A stretch of DNA of 43,865 bases from a phage: NCBI GenBank assembly GCA_032298335.1, contig GCA_032298335.1_4702.1; one strand, 5' to 3'. A model generated the notes under the pieces. It made no database searches. It was not told the DNA's origin and was given only the letters and a program-made list of their open reading frames with translations. The translations under genes were made by a program, and so were the position numbers. Shown here in pieces: positions 16,481-24,876 of the stretch; position 1 is the first letter of the stretch; each line of letters opens with the position of its first letter.

Positions 16481-17480
16481 GCTTCGCAGCTTGTACAAAG
16501 ACTCCGAGGTACTTGATGCAATCGAGCAAGCTACCGACGAGAAAGGTAATGTTAATTACAATGAGATGGCACGTGTATTATCGTGTCACCCTGTGGGTAA
16601 GAAGATTACCCGCCAGTTGGCTCGATACTGGCATGGTCAATTCAAGAAGACCAAGAAGAATGGTGATTATTACCAGACCCTTCTGCAAGAAGATAAGCGT
16701 ATCAAAGAAGAGCGTAAGCTCAGGACTCCTGACCGCTACGAGGATTTGGCTATTGTACCATTGCCTGACTCACCTCATCGAAGTGTACTGGTAATCCCTG
16801 ATACTCATGCACCTTATGAGCATCCAGATACCTTAGAGTTCCTTGCAGCAGTCGCGGCACGTTACCGTCCAGACACAGTGGTACACCTAGGAGATGAGGC
16901 AGACAAACATGCCTTGTCATTCCACGATTCGGACCCAAATCTGGATAGTGCTGGCATGGAGTTAGAGAAGGCTCGTATCTTCATGCACAAATTGCACAAG
17001 ATGTTCCCTGTGATGCGCCTGTGTCACTCCAACCACGGCTCTATGCACTTCCGTAAGGCAAGCGCCAAGGGCATCCCTGTGCAATACCTGCGCACCTACC
17101 GTGAAGTCTTTTTCCCAAATGGAGGTGGCGACCAGTGGGGTTGGCAGCATACACATGTTCTTGAGTTGCCGAATGGTGAACAAGTGGCATTCAAGCATCA
17201 ACCTGCTGGCTCTGTCCTAGCAGATGCAGCGCATGAGCGTATGAACCTTGTGTGTGGTCACTTGCACGGTAAGATGTCTGTGGAGTACGCACGTAATACA
17301 CATGAACAGTATTGGGCTGTGCAAGGTGGCTGCTTAATTGATGAGTCATCCCGTGCATTTGCCTATGGGCGTGAGTCTAAATACAAGCCAGCATTAGGTT
17401 GTGTGGTTATTCTGGAGGGTGTACCTCATATTGTCCCGATGCAAACCAATAGCGACAACCGTTGGATTGGCAAGATTTAG
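16449..17480 (+). CDS. Calcineurin-like metallophosphoesterase
   Basis: Ordered motifs DTH (in VIPDTHAPY), GDEAD, SNHG and CGHLHG follow the DxH / GDxxD / GNH / GHxH pattern. Start is uncertain: ATG at 16449, or TTG at 16473 with an AGGAGG ribosome-binding site. Confidence 0.75.
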   Translation: MQERRRLKLGKLRSLYKDSEVLDAIEQATDEKGNVNYNEMARVLSCHPVGKKITRQLARYWHGQFKKTKKNGDYYQTLLQEDKRIKEERKLRTPDRYEDLAIVPLPDSPHRSVLVIPDTHAPYEHPDTLEFLAAVAARYRPDTVVHLGDEADKHALSFHDSDPNLDSAGMELEKARIFMHKLHKMFPVMRLCHSNHGSMHFRKASAKGIPVQYLRTYREVFFPNGGGDQWGWQHTHVLELPNGEQVAFKHQPAGSVLADAAHERMNLVCGHLHGKMSVEYARNTHEQYWAVQGGCLIDESSRAFAYGRESKYKPALGCVVILEGVPHIVPMQTNSDNRWIGKI

Positions 17481-17495
17481 TTGACACTATAGAAC
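17475..17495 (+). promoter_or_regulatory. Phage RNA polymerase promoter variant (ATTTAGTTGACACTATAGAAC)
   Basis: Closer to the SP6 form (ATTTAGGTGACACTATAGAAG); overlaps the phosphoesterase stop codon. Confidence 0.7.
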
Positions 17496-17579
17496 AAGGG
17501 CTAGGTAAGACTTTATCGGCTGGCGTATCCAAATGATATTGCACTAGCCCTTGATTGTATAGTGAATGGAGGATTCAAT

Positions 17580-18083
17580 ATGTCACACTATGAATGTAAG
17601 AAGTGTCATAAGTGTTATGATTACTGTACTTGTGGTCAAGAGAAAACATCTTTTAAAGTCGGAGACAAGGTATTTCGTAATGAAAAAGATTCTATTCCTT
17701 GGAATCAATTCTGCAAAGAAGCTGGTATTGACCCTGATAGCCCTGTAACCATAGATGATATTGATGGCATTAACTTGTGCTTTCGTGAGGTGAGGGGTAC
17801 AGGTTGGGATTCCAAAAAATTCAAACTTGCATCTGATAAGTTAGACAACAATATGGTAACTCAGCCTAAGCACTACGAGTTCTTTGATGGTGTAGAGGCA
17901 ATCACTATCATTGCCCGCAGTATGACTGAAAAGCAATTCGCTGGGTACTGCATGGGTAATGCCCTTAAGTATCGCCTGCGTGCAGGTAAGAAGTTCAATA
18001 CTGAAGAAGACTTGAAGAAGGCAGACTATTATAAAGAGTTATTCCAGAAGCATCGTCACGAATGTATTGATGAGGATATTTAA
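17580..18083 (+). CDS. Hypothetical Cys-rich protein (167 aa)
   Basis: N-terminal cluster CKKCHKCYDYCTCG; C-terminal conserved-looking block GNALKYRLRAGKK; GGAGGA ribosome-binding site before the ATG at 17580. Confidence 0.6.
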   Translation: MSHYECKKCHKCYDYCTCGQEKTSFKVGDKVFRNEKDSIPWNQFCKEAGIDPDSPVTIDDIDGINLCFREVRGTGWDSKKFKLASDKLDNNMVTQPKHYEFFDGVEAITIIARSMTEKQFAGYCMGNALKYRLRAGKKFNTEEDLKKADYYKELFQKHRHECIDEDI

Positions 18084-18084
18084 T

Positions 18085-18258
18085 ATGGAAGGTAAACTGT
18101 ATAGAGGGTACTTCGGTAACTTATATAAAGTAAGCTCTCGCGGTTTTGTATTGACCTCTGATGATGAAGGTGCAATGTGGCACCTAAGTGCATATGGTTC
18201 TAACTTAGCACACTTTAAAGAGGCAATAGTCAAAGGTGTGATGAAGGAGGTGAAATGA
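18085..18258 (+). CDS. Small hypothetical protein (57 aa)
   Basis: GAGGA ribosome-binding site; stop overlaps the ligase start (ATGA). Confidence 0.45.
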   Translation: MEGKLYRGYFGNLYKVSSRGFVLTSDDEGAMWHLSAYGSNLAHFKEAIVKGVMKEVK

Positions 18259-19202
18259 ACATCTTCCAATTCCTAGGTCTTCCAGAAGACCACCGCAATC
18301 ATCCATTCATGCTGGTGAAGCATCGCGGTGAAGTTCCTGAGAAGAAACTTACTTTTCCATGTTATGCACAGGTGAAACGAGATGGAATATTCAGTGCTGT
18401 TGTGGTGCGCAATGATGGTGCTGTTGCCATCTTTGGTCGTACTGGTAAGAAGCTCGCAAATGTTGAATCCTTGGAAAAGACATTTAGTGTATTTCCTGTC
18501 GGGTTGTATCTTGGTGAGTTGCAATCTATGGCTGTTGATGTTTATCTTGAAGCTCTGTCAGGAGTGGTAAACCCTAATCGTACAGAGCCACTTGACTTCA
18601 TAGGCCAGCAGATTAAAGACAACCTGTATATCGACTTCTTCGATATGTTAACTATTAAGGCATTCCATGATGGATTCACTGATGTTTCTTATCTCAAACG
18701 TTACGATGCTTTACATCGCCGCATCGGCGCTCATCTTAGCGGGTACAACGCTATCCTTCCTATTACTCCTTGCCATAATGAGCGAGAAGTTGAAGCGTTT
18801 GCGCAAGAGCAGATAGACGCAGGCCGAGAAGGTGCGGTATTTAAACTTGACGTGGAGTACGAAAGTGGGCACAAAGGCTATCGTCAAACGAAGATCGTTC
18901 GTATGGTATCTTACGACCTCACCTGTATTGGGTGGGAGGAAGGAAAAGGTAAGTATAAAGGTAAAGTAGCTAACCTCATTTTCAAATGGAAAGGAGGCAA
19001 GTCTATTAAGGCTATGCTGGGCCGTGGCTGGTCACATGAGGATGCAGCCCAAATGTATCACGATATTAAGCACGGTGGCGAACTGAACGTCATTGGGAAG
19101 ATCTTCGCTGTCAAGGCGTTGCAGGAATCTAGCAAGGGAGTCCTGAGACTTCCCAAGGTTTCTGAATTACGCCACGATAAGGAGGTTCCTGATGTTTATT
19201 GA
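18255..19202 (+). CDS. ATP-dependent DNA ligase
   Basis: KxDG adenylation motif (AQVKRDGIFS) and a later EGAVFK block analogous to T7 ligase EGLIVK; strong ribosome-binding site. Confidence 0.85.
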   Translation: MNIFQFLGLPEDHRNHPFMLVKHRGEVPEKKLTFPCYAQVKRDGIFSAVVVRNDGAVAIFGRTGKKLANVESLEKTFSVFPVGLYLGELQSMAVDVYLEALSGVVNPNRTEPLDFIGQQIKDNLYIDFFDMLTIKAFHDGFTDVSYLKRYDALHRRIGAHLSGYNAILPITPCHNEREVEAFAQEQIDAGREGAVFKLDVEYESGHKGYRQTKIVRMVSYDLTCIGWEEGKGKYKGKVANLIFKWKGGKSIKAMLGRGWSHEDAAQMYHDIKHGGELNVIGKIFAVKALQESSKGVLRLPKVSELRHDKEVPDVY

Positions 19203-19317
19203 TTTGAACGAAAAACAGCTTGAATTGTTAATAGAAGCCATTGAGCAATACTATTACATGTGTGGCTATCAGTCAGAAGAATTAGACTCCTTATATTCAC
19301 AACTAAAAGGAGGTTAA
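19192..19317 (+). CDS. Small hypothetical protein (41 aa)
   Basis: AAGGAGG ribosome-binding site; overlaps the ligase 3' end. Confidence 0.4.
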   Translation: MFIDLNEKQLELLIEAIEQYYYMCGYQSEELDSLYSQLKGG

Positions 19318-19319
19318 TT

Positions 19320-19517
19320 ATGTCTTTTGATTCTATGAAGGCAACTCGTGCTGTTGAGGTAGCAGAGGCCATCTTCGAAACTCTATCCTGTGGCATGGAA
19401 GTGCCATATACTTTACTGGCTGATGCAGAAGAACTTGGTCTTTCTGTAGAAGCTATCCAAGAGAAGGTTGACGAATTATATGGTACAGACGAAGAAGAAA
19501 CCGACGATTTCATTTGA
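19320..19517 (+). CDS. Small acidic hypothetical protein (65 aa)
   Basis: AAAGGAGG ribosome-binding site; ends EEETDDFI. Confidence 0.5.
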   Translation: MSFDSMKATRAVEVAEAIFETLSCGMEVPYTLLADAEELGLSVEAIQEKVDELYGTDEEETDDFI

Positions 19518-19527
19518 AGGAATGGAG

Positions 19528-19650
19528 ATGCTTGAGATGATTCTCAAGCCTTCTTCTCCTAAGGTGACTAAGACTCATGAAGAGTTAATCGTTGATGAGG
19601 TTAAGCGTTACATCATGGATTGTGTCAGAGCACAACTGGTGATCCAATGA
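19528..19650 (+). CDS. Small hypothetical protein (about 40 aa)
   Basis: Short ORF whose stop overlaps the acetyltransferase start; start codon ambiguous (19522 or 19528). Confidence 0.3.
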   Translation: MLEMILKPSSPKVTKTHEELIVDEVKRYIMDCVRAQLVIQ

Positions 19651-20108
19651 TACGTCCAGCTTCCTTCCTAGATATTCCTGAGATTATAAACCTTGGGAAT
19701 AAATATGTGGAAGAGGAAGTCAAGGTTGTAGCCCACCACTCAGCCTCATGGAATGCAGAACAAAGTGCACATAACCTTTGTGCATCTCTTAGTAGAGAAG
19801 ATTTATTCCTATGGGTTGCTGTAGATGAAGGGCAGATTGTAGGGTTCCTGTGGGCTGGCTGTCACGAGTTGGCCCCTTGGACACCTGTAAGAGTTGCCTC
19901 TGACATTCTCTTTTATATTATACCAGAGAGGCGAGGAACACTTCTTGGTATGCGTCTCATCAAAGCCCTAAAGCAATGGGCTAGTGATAATGAATGCTCT
20001 GAGGTTCGCCTGTCTATCGCCTCTGGTATTAATGAAGAACGTGTCGGACGTATGTATAAGCGACTTGGCTTTGAACCGTTTGGCACTGTGTATAACATGA
20101 AGTTCTAA
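19647..20108 (+). CDS. GNAT-family N-acetyltransferase
   Basis: RRGTLLGMRLIKAL ... SEVRLSI ... YKRLGF fits the GNAT acetyl-CoA-binding pattern. Confidence 0.7.
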   Translation: MIRPASFLDIPEIINLGNKYVEEEVKVVAHHSASWNAEQSAHNLCASLSREDLFLWVAVDEGQIVGFLWAGCHELAPWTPVRVASDILFYIIPERRGTLLGMRLIKALKQWASDNECSEVRLSIASGINEERVGRMYKRLGFEPFGTVYNMKF

Positions 20109-20117
20109 GGAGATAAC

Positions 20118-20327
20118 ATGGGTGTTGTAAAGAAAGCATTTAAGGCTATCGGTCTTGCTCAAGATGCACCACGTATTGAAGCCAAAGTACCAGCACAGCA
20201 GCTTGAGCGTAATCCTGAGACTGAAGCTGAAGATATTCAAATTGGTGCAGGTGGTGATGATGCGACTGCATCTGCAAAAGGTAAGCGCGGCCTTGTCCGT
20301 CCGGTAGCTTCTAGCTTGAAGGTGTGA
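20118..20327 (+). CDS. Small Gly/Ala-rich protein, possible minor virion protein (69 aa)
   Basis: Strong ribosome-binding site; sits immediately upstream of the portal gene where T7 carries small virion genes. Confidence 0.5.
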   Translation: MGVVKKAFKAIGLAQDAPRIEAKVPAQQLERNPETEAEDIQIGAGGDDATASAKGKRGLVRPVASSLKV

Positions 20328-20328
20328 T

Positions 20329-21879
20329 ATGAAACAGAGCACAGATTTGGAGTATGGAGGTAAGAGATCTAAGATACCTAAGCTATGGGAGAAGTTCTCC
20401 ACTAAACGTAGCTCTTTCCTTGATAGGGCGAAGCATTACTCCAAATTAACCTTGCCCTATCTGATGAATGACAAAGGTGATAACGAGACTTCGCAGAATG
20501 GATGGCAAGGTGTAGGTGCTCAGGCAACTAATCATCTAGCCAACAAGCTAGCGCAAGTACTATTCCCTGCACAGCGTTCCTTCTTCCGTGTAGACTTAAC
20601 TGCACAAGGTGAGAAGGTTCTTAATCAGCGTGGCCTGAAGAAGACAGAGCTAGCTACCATCTTCGCTCAAGTGGAAACACGGGCAATGAAAGAGTTAGAG
20701 CAACGTCAATTCCGGCCTGCTGTAGTAGAAGCATTTAAGCATCTTATTGTTGCTGGCAGCTGTATGCTATACAAGCCGAGCAAAGGTGCAATCAGTGCTA
20801 TCCCAATGCATCACTACGTAGTTAACCGTGACACCAATGGCGACCTGTTAGACATTATCTTACTGCAAGAGAAAGCCTTACGCACCTTTGACCCAGCTAC
20901 ACGTGCTGTAGTAGAGGTTGGCCTGAAAGGTAAGAAGTGCAAGGAAGATGACAGCATTAAGCTGTACACACATGCTAAGTATCTTGGTGATGGATTTTGG
21001 GAACTCAAGCAGTCTGCTGATGATATCCCTGTGGGTAAGGTGAGTAAAATCAAATCAGAAAAGCTACCTTTCACCCCATTAACTTGGAAGCGAAGCTATG
21101 GTGAGGATTGGGGTCGCCCTCTTGCAGAGGATTACTCCGGTGATTTATTCGTTATCCAATTCTTATCTGAAGCGGTTGCCCGTGGTGCTGCGCTGATGGC
21201 AGATATCAAGTACCTGATTCGTCCGGGTGCTCAAACTGATGTTGACCACTTTGTTAACTCTGGCACTGGTGAGGTTGTCACTGGTGTAGAAGAAGACATC
21301 CATATTGTACAGTTAGGTAAGTACGCAGACCTCACACCTATTAGCGCGGTTCTAGAGGTATACACTCGCCGTATCGGTGTTGTCTTTATGATGGAGACAA
21401 TGACACGCCGTGACGCCGAACGTGTTACTGCTGTAGAAATCCAGCGAGATGCGTTAGAGATTGAGCAGAACATGGGTGGTGTATACTCCCTCTTTGCTAC
21501 TACTATGCAATCGCCAGTAGCGATGTGGGGTCTGCTGGAGGCAGGGGAGTCCTTCACTAGTGACCTAGTAGACCCTGTGATTATCACAGGTATTGAAGCT
21601 TTAGGACGCATGGCTGAGTTGGATAAACTGGCTAACTTTGCCCAGTATATGTCACTGCCATTACAATGGCCTGAGCCTGTCCTAGCTGCTGTGAAATGGC
21701 CTGACTATATGGATTGGGTGCGTGGTCAAATCTCTGCTGAACTGCCGTTCCTTAAATCGGCTGAAGAGATGGCACAAGAACAGGAAGCACAGATGCAAGC
21801 ACAGCAAGCACAGATGCTTGAAGAAGGTGTGGCTAAGGCCGTGCCGGGTGTAATTCAACAAGAACTTAAGGAGGCGTAA
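20329..21879 (+). CDS. Portal (head-to-tail connector) protein
   Basis: 516 aa; NGWQGVGAQATNHLANKLAQVLFP parallels T7 gp8 TPWQAVGARGLNNLASKLMLALFP. Confidence 0.92.
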   Translation: MKQSTDLEYGGKRSKIPKLWEKFSTKRSSFLDRAKHYSKLTLPYLMNDKGDNETSQNGWQGVGAQATNHLANKLAQVLFPAQRSFFRVDLTAQGEKVLNQRGLKKTELATIFAQVETRAMKELEQRQFRPAVVEAFKHLIVAGSCMLYKPSKGAISAIPMHHYVVNRDTNGDLLDIILLQEKALRTFDPATRAVVEVGLKGKKCKEDDSIKLYTHAKYLGDGFWELKQSADDIPVGKVSKIKSEKLPFTPLTWKRSYGEDWGRPLAEDYSGDLFVIQFLSEAVARGAALMADIKYLIRPGAQTDVDHFVNSGTGEVVTGVEEDIHIVQLGKYADLTPISAVLEVYTRRIGVVFMMETMTRRDAERVTAVEIQRDALEIEQNMGGVYSLFATTMQSPVAMWGLLEAGESFTSDLVDPVIITGIEALGRMAELDKLANFAQYMSLPLQWPEPVLAAVKWPDYMDWVRGQISAELPFLKSAEEMAQEQEAQMQAQQAQMLEEGVAKAVPGVIQQELKEA

Positions 21880-22799
21880 TGTCTTTCTCATTTACTGAAC
21901 CGTCAACCACTCACCCCACTGCTGAAGAGGGTCCGGTAGAAACCAAGGAGGTAACAACTGATGCTGCTACTACTGATGCTCCTGCTGACGCTGGCACTGC
22001 TGTACAAGATGACAATGCTGGTGCACAACCTACTGAAGACACCGGAGGAGAAGCTTCTGGACAGCCTTCAGAAAAAGGAGACAATGGCGGAGAGAATGGT
22101 GAACCTAAGCCAGATGATACCACGACCGACACTGAGGAAGTGCAATACTTCTTCGGAGAACATGAAGTAACAGTAGACATCCCACAGGATGTAACTGACA
22201 GCCTTAAAGAGAAAGGCATTGATGCCAAGCAGGTTGCCAAGGAACTCTATTCCAAAGGTGGCAAGTTTGAACTGTCAGATGCAACCAAGCAGAAATTGTA
22301 TGATGCTTTTGGCAAGTTTGCGGTAGATGCTTACCTGTCAGGTCTTAAGGCTCAAAATGAAGCCTTCTTCCTGAAAGAAGCCAACGCAGCTAAAGAGTTG
22401 GAAGCAGCTAACACCCAACGCTTCTCTGATGTTTCTAAGGAAATTGGTGGCGAAGAAGGTTGGTCCCGTCTTGAGGAGTGGGCGCTTGAAACCCTATCCG
22501 ATGACGAACTCACGGCATTCAATGCGGTGATGGAGTCTGGCAACCAGTACCTCCAGCAGTACGCTGTGCGTGAACTGGAGAGCCGCCGTAAGGCTGCACA
22601 GGGTGATGACAAACCAAACCTGATTGAACCCTCTGCACCTGCTGCTGCATCTGAAGATAATGGCCCACTCTCTCGTGAGCAGTACCTGCGTGAGATGATG
22701 ACTCTTAGCTCTCGCTTCGGTACAGACAAGAAAGCTGCTGCTGAGTATCAGGCTAAACTGGATGCTCGCCGTCGTGCGGGGATGGCTCGCGGACTCTAA
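21879..22799 (+). CDS. Capsid assembly scaffolding protein
   Basis: Acidic, low-complexity N-terminus and alpha-helical remainder; lies between the portal and capsid genes; ATG overlaps the portal stop. Confidence 0.8.
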   Translation: MSFSFTEPSTTHPTAEEGPVETKEVTTDAATTDAPADAGTAVQDDNAGAQPTEDTGGEASGQPSEKGDNGGENGEPKPDDTTTDTEEVQYFFGEHEVTVDIPQDVTDSLKEKGIDAKQVAKELYSKGGKFELSDATKQKLYDAFGKFAVDAYLSGLKAQNEAFFLKEANAAKELEAANTQRFSDVSKEIGGEEGWSRLEEWALETLSDDELTAFNAVMESGNQYLQQYAVRELESRRKAAQGDDKPNLIEPSAPAAASEDNGPLSREQYLREMMTLSSRFGTDKKAAAEYQAKLDARRRAGMARGL

Positions 22800-22804
22800 T
22801 CAGT

Positions 22805-22825
22805 ATTTACTGGACACTATAGAAG
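22805..22825 (+). promoter_or_regulatory. Phage RNA polymerase promoter upstream of the capsid gene
   Basis: Exact consensus ATTTACTGGACACTATAGAAG. Confidence 0.85.
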
Positions 22826-22875
22826 GGAGAAATGTCTCCCTAAAATATCACTTTGATTTATAAGGAGGTTTATTA

Positions 22876-24084
22876 GTGTCTACGCCGAATAACCTGACCA
22901 ACGTTGCAGTCTCCGCTTCCGGTGAGGTAGACAGCCTTCTCATTGAGAAATTCAATGGTAAGGTAAATGAGCAGTACCTGAAGGGTGAGAACATCATGTC
23001 ATACTTTGATGTTCAGACTGTTACTGGTACTAATACTGTAAGCAACAAATACTTAGGTGAAACAGAGTTGCAGGTTCTGGCACCGGGTCAGTCTCCTGCT
23101 GCAACCTCTACTCAGGCCGATAAAAACCAGCTGGTAATTGATGCCACTGTTATCGCTCGTAACACCGTTGCACACCTGCATGACGTACAGGGTGATATTG
23201 ATAGCCTGAAGCCGAAGCTTGCTACTAACCAAGCGAAGCAGCTGAAGAAGATGGAAGATGAAATGCTGATTCAGCAGATGCTGCTGGGCGGTATTGCTAA
23301 CACTCAGGCTAAGCGCACAAACCCTCGTGTGAAAGGCCACGGCTTCTCTGTCAACGTAGAAGTTGCAGAAAGTGAAGCGCTGGTCAACCCGCAGTATGTA
23401 ATGGCGGCTGTAGAGTTTGCTCTTGAGCAGCAGCTTGAGCAGGAAGTAGACATCTCTGATGTAGCTATCCTGATGCCGTGGCGCTACTTCAACGTACTGC
23501 GTGATGCAGACCGTATCGTTGACAAGAGCTACACCATTAGCCAGTCGGGTGCAACCATTCAGGGTTTTGTTCTGTCTTCTTACAACTGCCCTGTTATCCC
23601 GTCTAACCGCTTCCCTAAATTCTCTGCGGGTCAGAAACATCACCTGCTGTCAAATGAAGACAACGGTTATCGTTATGACTCGACTGCAGAAATGAATGGC
23701 GCTATCGCTGTACTGTTCACAGCTGACGCTCTTCTTGTTGGTCGTTCAATTGATGTAACAGGTGATATCTTCTATGAGAAGAAAGAGAAGACCTATTACA
23801 TTGACACCTTTATGTCTGAAGGTGCAATCCCTGACCGTTGGGAGGCAGTGTCTGTAGTTACCACCAAGCGAGAGACAAGTGGCAAGCCTACCACTCCTGC
23901 AACTCAGGCCGCACAGCACACTCAGGTTCTTAACCGTGCACAGCGCAAAGCTGTATACGTCAAGAATGCTGCCCCGGCAGGTGCCGCTGCCGCTGCTAGC
24001 TTGTCTGCTGAAGACTTGGTTGCTGCTGTTCGTGCTGTAATGGCTAATGACATTAAGCCGACTGCAATGAAAACTACTGAGTAA
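22876..24084 (+). CDS. Major capsid protein
   Basis: 402 aa; GTG start 6 nt after TAAGGAGGT; high-expression codon usage; followed by a strong terminator as for T7 gene 10. Confidence 0.9.
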   Translation: MSTPNNLTNVAVSASGEVDSLLIEKFNGKVNEQYLKGENIMSYFDVQTVTGTNTVSNKYLGETELQVLAPGQSPAATSTQADKNQLVIDATVIARNTVAHLHDVQGDIDSLKPKLATNQAKQLKKMEDEMLIQQMLLGGIANTQAKRTNPRVKGHGFSVNVEVAESEALVNPQYVMAAVEFALEQQLEQEVDISDVAILMPWRYFNVLRDADRIVDKSYTISQSGATIQGFVLSSYNCPVIPSNRFPKFSAGQKHHLLSNEDNGYRYDSTAEMNGAIAVLFTADALLVGRSIDVTGDIFYEKKEKTYYIDTFMSEGAIPDRWEAVSVVTTKRETSGKPTTPATQAAQHTQVLNRAQRKAVYVKNAAPAGAAAAASLSAEDLVAAVRAVMANDIKPTAMKTTE

Positions 24085-24092
24085 CACCTATG

Positions 24093-24125
24093 CCCTATCT
24101 ACCTTGCGTAGGTAGGGTTCTTTTT
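24093..24125 (+). terminator. Intrinsic terminator after the capsid gene
   Basis: 10-bp stem CCCTATCTAC / GTAGGTAGGG (one G-U pair), loop CTTGC, then TTCTTTTT. Confidence 0.8.
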
Positions 24126-24138
24126 GTTAGGAGGATTC

Positions 24139-24876
24139 ATGCCTGTAATTAGACAAACCAGTAAATTAGGACATATGATGGAAGATGTGGCCTTCCAGAT
24201 TATTGATAGTAAGCTGGAAGCGGTAAACTTGTGTATGCGAGCTATTGGTCGTGAGGGTGTGGATTCCCTCGACTCAGGGGACTTGGACGCAGAAGATGCA
24301 AGCAAAATGATCGACATCGTATCCCAGCGGTTCCAGTACAACAAAGGAGGTGGCTGGTGGTTCAATCGTGAACCAAACTGGCAACTTGCACCAGACACTA
24401 ACGGTGAAGTTAATTTACCTAACAACTGCCTAGCAGTATTGCAGTGTTATGCTTTAGGTGAAAAGAAAGTACCTATGACTATGCGAGCAGGTAAGCTCTA
24501 CTCTACTTGGAGTCACACCTTTGATATGCGTAAGCATGTTAATGCTAATGGTATGATTCGTCTTACCTTACTCACCTTACTACCCTACGAGCATCTACCT
24601 ACAAGTGTAATGCAGGCTATTGCCTATCAAGCTGCTGTAGAGTTTATTGTGTCTAAGGATGCAGATCAGACTAAGCTAGCCACTGCGCAGCAGATAGCCA
24701 CTCAGCTTCTTATGGATGTACAATCTGAGCAAATGTCACAGAAGCGATTAAACATGCTGGTACATAACCCCACTCAGCGTCAGTTTGGTATCATGGCTGG
24801 TGGCTCTCAGAATGTACCTGCTTACTCTCATTCACCTTATGAGAGTTGGGCGCTCCGTCCGTGGGAGGATCGTTAA
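24139..24876 (+). CDS. Tail tubular protein A (gp11-like)
   Basis: Follows the capsid gene; AGGAGG ribosome-binding site; W.FN.E pattern as in T7 gp11. Confidence 0.75.
   Translation: MPVIRQTSKLGHMMEDVAFQIIDSKLEAVNLCMRAIGREGVDSLDSGDLDAEDASKMIDIVSQRFQYNKGGGWWFNREPNWQLAPDTNGEVNLPNNCLAVLQCYALGEKKVPMTMRAGKLYSTWSHTFDMRKHVNANGMIRLTLLTLLPYEHLPTSVMQAIAYQAAVEFIVSKDADQTKLATAQQIATQLLMDVQSEQMSQKRLNMLVHNPTQRQFGIMAGGSQNVPAYSHSPYESWALRPWEDR

Noticed and set aside
22876-24084. Possible programmed frameshift producing a longer capsid form, as in T7 10A/10B
   Set aside because: I could not identify a slippery site with a downstream extension frame by eye, so I make no claim.
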